Below, piece after piece: positions 1 to 9,931 of a DNA stretch of 64,000 nt (positions are counted from its first letter, which is position 1; each line of letters opens with the position of its first letter). The DNA lies in the NCBI GenBank assembly GCA_963836235.1, contig CAWIIP010000004.1, positions 832,001 through 896,000 on the forward strand, written 5' to 3'. Below the pieces are notes generated by a model, which made no database searches, was not told where the DNA came from, and saw nothing but the letters and a program-made list of their open reading frames with translations. The position numbers and the translations under genes are program-made. The DNA is from an uncultured Pseudomonadota bacterium. Lineage in GTDB: Bacteria > Oederibacteriota > Muellerivitia > Muellerivitales > Muellerivitaceae.

Positions 1-503
1 ACCTGGCCGAGAGCCCTTTCAACAGTTCCCAAAGCGACGTATATGTCGGGATTATTGGGTTGGAGTTCCAAGGCGTGCTGTAACTCTAATTCAGCGATGT
101 TGTATTTACCATCATCGATAAATGTTTGGCCGGTTTTCAAATGGCTGAATTTCTTGCTGAACCCCAAACCCATTTTCATGGCTTGGTCGTAAAGCTCCTT
201 CGCCTTATCCAGGTTCCCCGATTTCATTTCGATCAAACCCAGGCCATCGACCGCTTTTGCGTCACCTGGGGTTCGGGTCAGAACCTTGTTGAATTCCATT
301 TTGGCCAGTTCTAAATCTCCGGACCTCCAATATTTTAGGCCCTTTATATAGTTGTATTGGTTCATTAAGGAGGTTTTGGACATGACCAAACCAATAAATA
401 ATAGCGAAAACACGATTACTGTACGAAAGGAGGGAAGCTTGGTGCGCCGATGCCGCGAAAGGGGCAATGGTTTGTAACGCTTAAAAGGGTCAATCAAAGC
501 CAT
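1..503 (-). CDS. TPR-repeat protein with N-terminal membrane anchor (runs off window start)
   Basis: Not in ORF track; read manually. AAGGAG then ATG at 503, open to base 1: MALIDPFKRYKP...VIVFSLLFIGLVM...GDLELAKMEFNKVLTRTPGDAKAVDGLGLIEMKSGNLDKAKELYDQA...ELQHALELQPNNPDIYVALG (TPR pattern). Confidence 0.8.
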   Translation of the reverse strand, partial: MALIDPFKRYKPLPLSRHRRTKLPSFRTVIVFSLLFIGLVMSKTSLMNQYNYIKGLKYWRSGDLELAKMEFNKVLTRTPGDAKAVDGLGLIEMKSGNLDKAKELYDQAMKMGLGFSKKFSHLKTGQTFIDDGKYNIAELELQHALELQPNNPDIYVALGTVERALGQ

Positions 504-687
504 GAAAGAAAACTCCTTTGGATGAGAACCCAGGCATTTTAATGGTAATGAAAGAGTAATAAAGGGAAAAAACCCCTCATTTGGGTTCGGCATTTTTTCT
601 TCGGGAAGAGAGATTGCGCCAGGATTCAAAGACCACTATAACGAAAGGTGGTCGAAGTAGGAGTACACCGTTCGAAAAAGGTAATAA

Positions 688-1935
688 ATGACTCAGGAAT
701 GGTTTTTGATTGTGGCGGGATTTGCCCTTGGAATTTCGATATTAATCCTCCAACTTAAGAAATCTGAAAACAGGTCGAATGCTTCTTTTGAGAGTCAATT
801 GATGAATTTGGCCAAAGAGCAGGAACGCTTTGAAAAGGTGCTCAAGGATGAAATGGGCCGGGGTAGGGAGGCTTCCAGTGTCCAAGAAAGGGCGGCAAGA
901 GAGGAATTAAACCGTCTGCTTTTGCAAATAACTCAAGTGAATGAGCAAAAACTTGAGGCCATCCGACAAACATTGGAAAAACAATTGAAAACTTTGCAAG
1001 AGGATAACGGGCAAAAACTTGATCAAATGAGATTAATCGTGGACGAGAAGCTTCAAGCGACCCTCGAAAAGAGGTTGAGCGATTCTTTTCGGCAGGTGAG
1101 CGAACGCTTGGAAAAGGTGCACCAGGGATTGGGCGAGATGCAAATCTTGGCATCGAGCGTGGGGGATTTGAAGGCCGTTTTAACCAATGTTAAAACCCGT
1201 GGAACCTGGGGTGAAGTCCAATTGGAGAGCCTGCTCTCGCAGATGCTTTCCCCAGAACAATTTACAAAAAATGTGGCGACGAAAAAAGGAAGTGAAGACA
1301 GGGTGGAGTTTGCGATCCGATTGCCGGGGCGAGGCCCAACCGACGAGGACGAAATTTGGCTTCCGATTGATGCCAAGTTCCCCTTGGAAGATTACCAGCG
1401 ATTGATGACCGCGTTAGAAGTTGGAGATGTCGCCGGAGCTGAAGAACATTCAAAAAACCTCGTCCAGCGAATCAAAATGGAAGCCAAGGCTATCAAAGAA
1501 AAGTATTTGGACCCGCCTTATACCACCGATTTTGGGATTTTGTTTCTCCCGACCGAGGGCTTGTACGCGGAGGTACTTCGTCAGCCGGGACTTTCGGATT
1601 TTTTGCAACGGGAACACCGTATCGTCATAACGGGACCCACGACATTAGCCGCAATATTAAACAGCCTGCAAATAGGTTTCCGTACCTTAGCTATTGAAAA
1701 AAGATCCAGCGAGGTGTGGATTTTATTGGCGTCGGTCAAGAAAGAGTTTGGTTTATTCGCCGATATTTTGGATAAAACCCAAAAAAAATTGCAGGAAGCC
1801 AGCAACACTATTGAAAGGGCGTCCGTCAAAACACGTACGATTGAAAGAAAGCTTAAGGGTGTAGAGGGACTTTCGATTGCGGAAAATGTACCTTTGGCAG
1901 AAGAACAACATGATTTATTAAGCGAAGATGAATAA
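688..1935 (+). CDS. rmuC: DNA recombination protein RmuC
   Basis: N-terminal TM helix, coiled coil, motifs KTRGTWGEVQLE, LPIDAKFPLEDY, FLPTEGLYAEV, GPTTLAAILNSLQIGF. Confidence 0.93.
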   Translation: MTQEWFLIVAGFALGISILILQLKKSENRSNASFESQLMNLAKEQERFEKVLKDEMGRGREASSVQERAAREELNRLLLQITQVNEQKLEAIRQTLEKQLKTLQEDNGQKLDQMRLIVDEKLQATLEKRLSDSFRQVSERLEKVHQGLGEMQILASSVGDLKAVLTNVKTRGTWGEVQLESLLSQMLSPEQFTKNVATKKGSEDRVEFAIRLPGRGPTDEDEIWLPIDAKFPLEDYQRLMTALEVGDVAGAEEHSKNLVQRIKMEAKAIKEKYLDPPYTTDFGILFLPTEGLYAEVLRQPGLSDFLQREHRIVITGPTTLAAILNSLQIGFRTLAIEKRSSEVWILLASVKKEFGLFADILDKTQKKLQEASNTIERASVKTRTIERKLKGVEGLSIAENVPLAEEQHDLLSEDE

Positions 1936-2132
1936 AATCCAGGCCTGTTTATTGGCTTTACTTTGGAAAAGATTGAACTTTTTATTTGTTTATCTAATAT
2001 TAGTTGAGCAATACCCACCCATTTTGGGTAGATGGCTGAACTTTAAGTAAGCCCTTTTTACCCTGTGATGGAAATCCATTGGCTTCCTGAAAACCAATTT
2101 ATTGGCATAGTAAGGTAAGCAAAGGAATACAA

Positions 2133-4349
2133 ATGAAAATTACTTCGGTTGCTCCCGGTTGTTATCATTTAGAAGGGCCGACAAGTTGCGCCTTGTTGGG
2201 TAGTCCGCCCGAAATCCTAAAAGCTCTTCTTAAACAAAAGAAAAAAATCCCTCACGTTGGCCTTTTACCGGACATCTCTCACAAAAATGGTGTTTCCCAA
2301 ATGGCGTTCGAATTTTTGGGTTATTGGTTTTTATTCATTGATCAAGGATACCAACTTGGTAAAAGATTCCGTGTTTTGGGAACAAGAAAAATGTGCGAAA
2401 AGCTTTACGATATCCTTCGAATTACGCTCTTGGGTCCTAGTCGCGACGATATGAAAAGATGGGGACTAAACAAAAACCGTATTGATATGCTGGCTAAAAT
2501 GGCAGAAGGAATGGCCATTAAAAAAGGGAAGCGAATACTTCAGATCGAGGATTTGTTCGACTTTGTTCATATGCCCGAGGAAGAGGGCGAAGTTTCGGTT
2601 CCGATCTTCTCCGATTCTAATGGTTTTTTGATTAAACGGATGGGAAACAATCGGTATGAAATATCGGATCGCGGAATTCTTCACCAAATCAACTTGAATT
2701 TTGAAGGGGAACAATTGCATCCTTTGGTGGATTTGACGGGTGAGGTTGAAAAACCGGAAGCTTTTCGGCTGAAGGTTTTGGGATGTTATACGGGTTTTGA
2801 TCCTGCCGGCCCTACTACAGGAATGCTATTGTGGGTGAACGGTAATGGATTTCTTATTGATTCGCCCGCGGGAATCAGTAAATATTTAAAACAAGTTGGA
2901 GTGGCAAAGAACCGGTTAACTGCCATCCTTCAAACGCACGTTCATGACGATCACTGCGCCTTAAGCGAGTTGATGCTTTCCGAACATTCTTTTTCTCTCA
3001 TAACCACCAGGGAAATTTTTGAATGCACCGTGATTAAAGTGGCTCATATCATTGATGAGCCGGTGGATGTTGTGAAAACCATGGTGAAGTTTGTAGAGGT
3101 AATCCCCGGAAAGATTTATCGCATGTTTGGGGCCACCTGGGAATTTTTTTATACGGTGCATTCCATTCCGACGATTGGTTTTCGAGTTGCGGTTGCGGAT
3201 GAGAATGGAAAGCCCTGCACACTCCTGCATTCCAGTGACTTGGATCATTTTAAAGGGATGGAACAACTGGTATTAGAGGGTTCCATTAGTCGGGAACATT
3301 ACGACCGGATGAAGAATCTAGTTCGTGGGGATGAGCGGTTAGCCATGATTGATGCGGGTGGTGGCTTGATTCACGGTGAAGCATCGGATTGGGATGGGAT
3401 GATTGCCCGATATCCCGAAACAGAATTTCTTTTTTACCATGTGAATCCATCCAAGGTTGATTCGAAGAAGTATCAGGTGGCTCAGCCAGGATGGGGCAAA
3501 ACCTTGATGAAAGAAAGACATTTTCCGCAGTCGGTTTATTCAGGTGTCTTACAAACTTTAAAATTGTTTGAAGTGAAGGATCACCATTGGATCAACGTGA
3601 TTTTCTCACTTGGGCAGTTGGTGGAACTACCAAATCATTTTGAGGTGGTCAAAAAGGGCCAGGAGGGGGACTCGTTTTATTTTATTCTTTCTGGGGTGTT
3701 GGATGTTCTGGATCCAGAGAATAAAAAAGATACATTGCTAGCGACTTTGGAAAGTGGAGATTTTTTTGGTGAAATGTCAATTATTAATAAGTCGAAAACC
3801 AATGCGACAGTAGTATCCCGAACTCCGGTCATATTATTCAAACTGGCTGGTGATCTGTTTCTGGAATTTGTCGAGAAAAATGACTTGAAGGAAAGTTTTT
3901 CGAACCTTTGGCGAAGAAGGCCCTTAATATCGTCGATTTCTATTTTTCGAGATCTAGATCCAACCGCTAAACATGAGATTTCCCTTTTGGCCAAAAATCA
4001 GAATTTTTCAAAAGATGAGATGATTGTAAGACAGGGAAGCAAAACGGAGGATTTCTATATCATTTCTTCTGGAAAGGTTGAAATTTATCGAAAGAACGAT
4101 CACGGTAACGTGGCTTTTTCAACCGAATTGAAGTCAGGTGATTTTTTTGGAGAGAACGTTGCCATGGGTTATGCAGACAAACGGAACGCAAGTGCCCAGG
4201 CCATAACGGAAGTGACCACGCTTGTTATTTCGTCAAAGGAGTTGAGGAATCTTGCTAAACGAATGCCGATTCTCCGCCATAAACTTCATTTAGTTATGAA
4301 GAGCCGTGGGGTGGGGGAAGAGGTGTTAGAAAAGGTAATGATTTCTTAA
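2133..4349 (+). CDS. Metallo-beta-lactamase-fold hydrolase with two C-terminal cyclic-nucleotide-binding domains (putative cNMP phosphodiesterase/sensor)
   Basis: THVHDDH (HxHxDH), HSIPT, SDLD, YH metal ligands; two cNMP domains (GDFFGEMSII; GDFFGENVAM...RNASAQA). Confidence 0.8.
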   Translation: MKITSVAPGCYHLEGPTSCALLGSPPEILKALLKQKKKIPHVGLLPDISHKNGVSQMAFEFLGYWFLFIDQGYQLGKRFRVLGTRKMCEKLYDILRITLLGPSRDDMKRWGLNKNRIDMLAKMAEGMAIKKGKRILQIEDLFDFVHMPEEEGEVSVPIFSDSNGFLIKRMGNNRYEISDRGILHQINLNFEGEQLHPLVDLTGEVEKPEAFRLKVLGCYTGFDPAGPTTGMLLWVNGNGFLIDSPAGISKYLKQVGVAKNRLTAILQTHVHDDHCALSELMLSEHSFSLITTREIFECTVIKVAHIIDEPVDVVKTMVKFVEVIPGKIYRMFGATWEFFYTVHSIPTIGFRVAVADENGKPCTLLHSSDLDHFKGMEQLVLEGSISREHYDRMKNLVRGDERLAMIDAGGGLIHGEASDWDGMIARYPETEFLFYHVNPSKVDSKKYQVAQPGWGKTLMKERHFPQSVYSGVLQTLKLFEVKDHHWINVIFSLGQLVELPNHFEVVKKGQEGDSFYFILSGVLDVLDPENKKDTLLATLESGDFFGEMSIINKSKTNATVVSRTPVILFKLAGDLFLEFVEKNDLKESFSNLWRRRPLISSISIFRDLDPTAKHEISLLAKNQNFSKDEMIVRQGSKTEDFYIISSGKVEIYRKNDHGNVAFSTELKSGDFFGENVAMGYADKRNASAQAITEVTTLVISSKELRNLAKRMPILRHKLHLVMKSRGVGEEVLEKVMIS

Positions 4350-4409
4350 TTCATAAGTAAATTTTCAAATCTGCTGGAGAAAAACCAAGGGACTTTGAAA
4401 GATTTTGAC

Positions 4410-5021
4410 TTAGGGTTTATTTTCATCTTCTTTTTGAATTTGTTGAACTGTGTAAAGGATTTCGTTATCCGTGGGTCGGTCGACGGCATTCTTTCCGATA
4501 TATTTAAACCGGACTTTCCGATAGGGATCGATGATGATGATTGTCGGACGGGCGATGTCGTGAATTCCATGCCCCCCCACGTGCCGTGCTCCGTAAGCGT
4601 CAATTACTTTAAGGGTTGGGTCTGACAAAAGAGGGAATGGAAAATTCCATTGCCGGTTGAGATCGGACGAATCCTCAAGTTCGTCCACGCTAATTGCCGC
4701 TATAGTGGCGTGGAGGGCGGTAAATTTGGGATAATCTGTTTTCAGTTCGGCCAATTGCTCTTGGCAAGCACCACACCAGTGGCCCCGATAGAGTACCAAG
4801 ACTAAGTACCAGCCTGGGGATACTTGCGACATTTTTACCAATTGACCCGTGCTGCTCATAAGGGAAAAATCGTAGGCCATGTCTCCGGTCTGGAGGCCGC
4901 CTGGTTTCAAAATCAGCCTATCCTCGTTGGAGTCGCAACCAGAAAAGAAGGCGAGACCCAAAGCTAATAGAAGAAATAATATTGTTGAATGAAAATTCGA
5001 AAATCGATAGTTTTTTTTCAC
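4410..5021 (-). CDS. Peroxiredoxin-like AhpC/TSA (redoxin) family protein, probable lipoprotein
   Basis: Signal peptide with lipobox-like FFSGC; YRGHWCGAC, AISVD, FPLLSDP, RPTIIIID. Confidence 0.85.
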   Translation of the reverse strand: MKKNYRFSNFHSTILFLLLALGLAFFSGCDSNEDRLILKPGGLQTGDMAYDFSLMSSTGQLVKMSQVSPGWYLVLVLYRGHWCGACQEQLAELKTDYPKFTALHATIAAISVDELEDSSDLNRQWNFPFPLLSDPTLKVIDAYGARHVGGHGIHDIARPTIIIIDPYRKVRFKYIGKNAVDRPTDNEILYTVQQIQKEDENKP

Positions 5022-5496
5022 TGTAAAGACTCTTTATTAAGAACTTTCACTGGCTACTAGTGTGTTCAAACTTTTGTCAGCTTCAAAGTTTTTTGGCCTA
5101 GCCTAGAAAAAATAAATTTTATGGAATCCCCGGTTTTTGTTCTTTTTCTGGGATGATTGATTATTACTAAATCTTAGATTTTTGCGTTCAGTGGACTACA
5201 CCATGGAGTAACCGTCTTTATTTTCCTCGAATTCCCCCTTTGGAGGGAAGGTCAAAGTAGGGTAGCTTAGATCGACTTGATAAGAGAAACAGCACCCCTA
5301 TCTCAAGGTCAGAGGGTTGCTGAGTAGGCGCCACAAGTGGGTAGTGAGTTTTATTTAAATTGAATACTATCGTCAGTTACTAGACGATTTTTGTCAAAAT
5401 TTGTGACAATTTAATTTAAACCGGAAACGTTTAAAAGGATTGAAAGACCTTAATTTATTGAATATCTGTGTTTACCATTAAACTAAAATGCTTGAA

Positions 5497-5514
5497 AAGG
5501 CATGAAAATTGCTT
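5497..5514 (+). promoter_or_regulatory. Putative sigma54 (-24/-12) promoter
   Basis: AAGGCATGAAAATTGCTT: GG-N10-GC spacing, matches TGGCAY-N5-TTGCW; about 100 bp upstream of the expansin-like gene. Confidence 0.6.
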
Positions 5515-5617
5515 AAATTCACACAAGCTAGTTGTGGTAAACTTTAAATGTGCTTAAATTCGCCCAATACGACTACTAAAATAAATTTTGATCGGATAAA
5601 AATTGAGAGTTGGCTTA

Positions 5618-8600
5618 ATGAAAACGATATCTGAATTTTTATCCACCCTTCGAAAGTCAAAAACTAGTCTTTTGGGTTTTGTAATTTTGATTTTTTCAAA
5701 CACTGTTCTCTTTGGGGCTCAACCTTATAGTTACAGCAATTATTTGGCAATTCCAACAGCAATGAATACACCCCAGTGGTGTCCCAGTGATGCCCCGATT
5801 ACCTATGAAATGAATCAGCCTACTAATTATGCCGTGCCAACAAGTGATACTGCTTGCGGTTATCCACCCAATACGTACGATCCAAACTATTATGCGGCTA
5901 TTGACAGTGATTCTTTCGGCGATACGGGGGCTTCGGGTGGGAATGGTGCGGGGGGTGGAGGCTTTCCTTGCGGGGCTTGTGCGGCTTTGTACAACAGCGC
6001 CACTTCTAAATCGGTAACCGTGATGATTGTCGATGAATGCCCCCAAGGTGGTAACAATGCGAACAATTGTTGGGTTGGGTCCTATCATTTGGATATATCT
6101 CTTGCTGCCTATAATGGGTTATTGAATGGTGGTTCATTTCCTTCGAACAGCGGAACAAATACATTGAGTGGGTCGACTGTGACGTGGCGTTTTGTTCAGT
6201 GTCCTTTGACGGGAAGCGCGGGCGTTACTTTTAACAACTCGACTGGAAAGATTGCTTATGAATGGGCCAATGGATCAAAATCCACATATAGCCCACTTAT
6301 GTTTCTCGATAATATATTCCCCATCAAATCAGTAACGGTTAATGGAACTTCTGTATCTCGGGATTCTGCGAACCAAGTTCCTAATTTTTGGGGAGGGACA
6401 AGTGGTTACTCAGGGACTTTGACTTGTGTGTTGACGAGTTATGAAACCAGTGTTGGTACTACCACTTTTACCGTGAACGGAAGTAGTTATAGTCCCATTG
6501 AAGCGGCCCCGCCGGGAACCACTACGGGCCAATTTAGCACTTGTGTAGTTGGACCCACGCCGACGCCGACTGCGACACCGATACCAGGGACTCCAACCAG
6601 CACTCCAACCAAAACTGCCACGTCTACGCCAACAGGTACGCCGACACCAATCTCCGGTTGTGAAACACTTTATTACAATGGAACGTCCCCAACAAACCTG
6701 GCTTCTGGAGTGATTCCTTACCAGGGTAATGCGACTTTGACCGAAACGGCGGCTGCGGCCTATACCGGTGACACTAACGGCATGAACATTGCCTTGGCGG
6801 CACCTGCGGCCTCTTACGGTGAGGTTGAATGGAATTGGGCGAATTACGGTACGGCCAAAGAAGTCAATTTGGCAAATGTTTCTACTTTGCAATTTGAAAT
6901 TGACAATACAACCGCGTCCACTGCTCCTATGACTATAGAAGTTTTCTTGTCAGACATAGCTGGAGCTGGAAGTACGGGACAAACACAATCGAAGCCGGTG
7001 ACAATAATTCTTGCGTCCACTGGCTGGCAGACAATTGATTTACCCGTCTCTGATTTTTCCACTGGCGGCTCAAGTTACGTTACGACAACGATTGGGGAGA
7101 TTGATTTTGAATGGATTTCCTCGACGACAGCAATAACAGCGACAATCTATGTTGATAATATTGGGTTCTATGGAACCTGTCCGACTAGTACGGCTACTCC
7201 TACCAAGACGGCTACAAGCACCGCTTCCGGGACACCTACTTCTACTCGAACCTCAACGACGACAAATACCATTACGAACACGCTCACAGCGACAGCAAGT
7301 TCGACCCCAACGGCCACCAGGACAAACACGCTTCCCAGTACTCCGACTTCCACTCCTACGAACACCGCGACATCAACGCCCACGGCCACGAAAACCAATA
7401 GCCCCACCAATACCACTACTGCCACAACCAGCGCTACTTATACCAACACGATTGCCAGCACGCCCACGTCAACAACCACAAGTACGGCCACATTGACTTT
7501 AACTCATACTTTGACTTCGACCCCTACATATACTTTAACCAGCACTCCTACCGCCAGCCGGACCAATACGACGACAGCCACTGCCAGTGGAACTGATACG
7601 AATACACCCGCCAATACTCTTACCGCGACGCCTACTTCGACAGCCACCCTGACAAAGACAAGTACACCTACCAACAGCGTTACTTCTACAACCACCTTAA
7701 CTCCGACATCGACCATTACTCTTACGAGAACGAGTACGACTACCAATACCACAACGAATACGGCGACGAACACAGCCTCGCCTACGATTACCTCCACCCC
7801 TACGGATACGAATGTGATAACTCCCACCTATACTGGGACACCGACTAACACGCCTTCTTCAACTAAAACATCCACCCCAACAAGCACTGCTTCAAATAGT
7901 CCGACGTTAACTCCGACGAATACGGTAGGCAACACTTCCACGGCAACTGTCACTTCGACGGCTACGCTCACCAAAACTAGCACATCCACCAATAGTGCCA
8001 CCTCTACGACTACCCTAACACCAACCTCGACCGTTACACTGACCAGGACTAATACCACTACTAGCACCCCGACGAATACGGTAACAAACACAGCAACGCC
8101 CACGATCACACTGACTCCGACAAATACGAATGTGATAACTCCGACCTATACTGGGACGCCGACTAACACGCCTTCTTCCACTAAAACTTCAACTCCGACA
8201 ACCACTTCTACGAATAGTCCAACCTTGACGCCGACCAACACGACCGCGAATACACCGACGGCGACAATCACATTCACTCCGACGAATACGAATGTTATTA
8301 CTCCAACCTATTCTAATACTCCCACCAATACTGCCACTTCAACAACGTCCTCCACACCCACCAAGACTTCCACAAATAGCCCCACTTTGACGACGACAAA
8401 TACAGTAGTGAATACATCCACTGGTACTCCAACGAGTACGGTTACGAACACAGGAACGCCTACGATTACATCCACGCCTACGAATACGAATGTTATTACT
8501 CCAACCTATTCCGATACCCCCACCAATACAGCCACTTTAACAACGTCCTCGACACCCACCAAGACTTCTACGAATAGCTCCACTTTGACCCCAACTAATA

Positions 8601-9589
8601 CAGTCGTTAATACGGCAACTCCTACCATCACATCAACGCCTACGGATACGAATATTATTACGCCTACTTTTAGCAGTACCCCCACTAATACGGTTACTTT
8701 GACAACAACTCTGACCCCGACATTCACGGCAACGCAAACACTCACTAATACTTTTGCTAATACGGCTACCCAAACAGCTACGACAACTCCGACTTCTACG
8801 GAAGTAACGGTACAGGCCACGCAAGGAACATCTCCCCCTTCCAATTCCTCACAATCGCCAGGAGCTTCTAATGTATTAGTTCAACAGATTCAGTTGACCA
8901 ACCCTGGCAACACAGTTGTTACGATGAGCGGGTTGACCCTTATGGAGTCGGGTGCTTCCCCCACGGGAATCACGTCGGTATCCCTTGTTCAGAATGGAAC
9001 GGTCATCTCCACAGCCAGCTTCAGCGGATCAAACGCGACATTTGTTTTCACCAATCCCATTCCCGCGAGTAATGGGGCAGTGACTTATCAGGTGGTAGCT
9101 AACTTCTCGAGTAGTGCCCCAGCCGGAAACTATCAGTTTAGTGTGATAAACGGGTCAGGAAACAATGGCCAGTCAGTTGGATTCACCGGATTACCGGTCA
9201 GTGGCGCCACTGTCACGATTGGCAATCCCACTCCTACGCCATCGTCAACACCCAATGCTTCAGACACAGCAACTCCGAGTTTTACGCCGACTCCCCTTGT
9301 GGTGACGGTCATTGGGTCGGCCTATCCCAATCCTGCCACGGGAACGGTTCCGGTTTCAGTGTCTGTTGAGGTTCCGGGGCCTTCCTCTGTTAGCTTGGAC
9401 GTGTTCACGACGGCCTTCCGCAAAGTCGTAAGTCAGCCGCCGATTCAGGTAACCGGTTCTTCGAACCTTCATTGGGATTTGAAAGACAACTGGGGTAATC
9501 CTGTGGCTGATGGCCTTTATTACGTGCGTATTCAAGTGAGTGGAATTCAACCAACGGTAAAAATCCTAAAAATCCTAGTTGTTCATTAA
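5618..9589 (+). CDS. Secreted expansin-like protein (DPBB + CBM63-like + CBM11-like), Thr/Pro-rich stalk, C-terminal Ig-like sorting-type domain
   Basis: Signal peptide; CGAC...VTVMIVDECP...HLDIS (expansin D1); WRFVQCP...PIKSVTV...NFW (D2); GWQTIDLPVSDF...IYVDNI (CBM11-like); >500 aa T/P repeats; AYPNP...FTTAFRKV...WDLKD...GLYYVRI...KILVVH. Start could be TTG 5603. Confidence 0.78.
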   Translation: MKTISEFLSTLRKSKTSLLGFVILIFSNTVLFGAQPYSYSNYLAIPTAMNTPQWCPSDAPITYEMNQPTNYAVPTSDTACGYPPNTYDPNYYAAIDSDSFGDTGASGGNGAGGGGFPCGACAALYNSATSKSVTVMIVDECPQGGNNANNCWVGSYHLDISLAAYNGLLNGGSFPSNSGTNTLSGSTVTWRFVQCPLTGSAGVTFNNSTGKIAYEWANGSKSTYSPLMFLDNIFPIKSVTVNGTSVSRDSANQVPNFWGGTSGYSGTLTCVLTSYETSVGTTTFTVNGSSYSPIEAAPPGTTTGQFSTCVVGPTPTPTATPIPGTPTSTPTKTATSTPTGTPTPISGCETLYYNGTSPTNLASGVIPYQGNATLTETAAAAYTGDTNGMNIALAAPAASYGEVEWNWANYGTAKEVNLANVSTLQFEIDNTTASTAPMTIEVFLSDIAGAGSTGQTQSKPVTIILASTGWQTIDLPVSDFSTGGSSYVTTTIGEIDFEWISSTTAITATIYVDNIGFYGTCPTSTATPTKTATSTASGTPTSTRTSTTTNTITNTLTATASSTPTATRTNTLPSTPTSTPTNTATSTPTATKTNSPTNTTTATTSATYTNTIASTPTSTTTSTATLTLTHTLTSTPTYTLTSTPTASRTNTTTATASGTDTNTPANTLTATPTSTATLTKTSTPTNSVTSTTTLTPTSTITLTRTSTTTNTTTNTATNTASPTITSTPTDTNVITPTYTGTPTNTPSSTKTSTPTSTASNSPTLTPTNTVGNTSTATVTSTATLTKTSTSTNSATSTTTLTPTSTVTLTRTNTTTSTPTNTVTNTATPTITLTPTNTNVITPTYTGTPTNTPSSTKTSTPTTTSTNSPTLTPTNTTANTPTATITFTPTNTNVITPTYSNTPTNTATSTTSSTPTKTSTNSPTLTTTNTVVNTSTGTPTSTVTNTGTPTITSTPTNTNVITPTYSDTPTNTATLTTSSTPTKTSTNSSTLTPTNTVVNTATPTITSTPTDTNIITPTFSSTPTNTVTLTTTLTPTFTATQTLTNTFANTATQTATTTPTSTEVTVQATQGTSPPSNSSQSPGASNVLVQQIQLTNPGNTVVTMSGLTLMESGASPTGITSVSLVQNGTVISTASFSGSNATFVFTNPIPASNGAVTYQVVANFSSSAPAGNYQFSVINGSGNNGQSVGFTGLPVSGATVTIGNPTPTPSSTPNASDTATPSFTPTPLVVTVIGSAYPNPATGTVPVSVSVEVPGPSSVSLDVFTTAFRKVVSQPPIQVTGSSNLHWDLKDNWGNPVADGLYYVRIQVSGIQPTVKILKILVVH
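7180..8800 (+). repeat. Thr/Pro-rich low-complexity coding repeats with internal duplications
   Basis: Recurrent unit TPTITxTPT(D/N)TNVITPTY; near-identical DNA blocks start at about 7806 and 8124 (318 nt apart). Confidence 0.85.
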
Positions 9590-9836
9590 GATTTACCCGC
9601 TGAAAATTGAAAGTCTGTCGATTTTTTCAGAGTTACCAAGAGTCTGGCAATTTTGAATTTTATAATTGAGAAACTTTCCTAATTAAATTGGCCCACCGGA
9701 TCGTCGTATTATTTAAAATTTTGTAAGATTCTGAACTAATTTTCTCCCCATTCTTAAGTATCCAGAAGCGGATGTTTTTGTTTTCCGTGAAACTCAGATG
9801 TTTGACGACGATATAAAATCTTATGTACCGCTAAAA

Positions 9837-9854
9837 AGGGCATGGAAATTGCAG
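9837..9854 (+). promoter_or_regulatory. Putative sigma54 (-24/-12) promoter
   Basis: AGGGCATGGAAATTGCAG, GG-N10-GC; nearly identical to the motif at 5497. Confidence 0.6.
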
Positions 9855-9931
9855 TTTTTTACCCATAAAATGCGGCAATTCTTTTGGAGACGACATCGAA
9901 TTTTATAATCTGAAATTTAAAGGCAAACCAA

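Noticed and set aside
5022-5600. Riboswitch or ncRNA in the long intergenic region
   Set aside because: Only isolated hairpins (e.g. CAGCACCCCT...AGGGTTGCTG); no aptamer consensus recognised.
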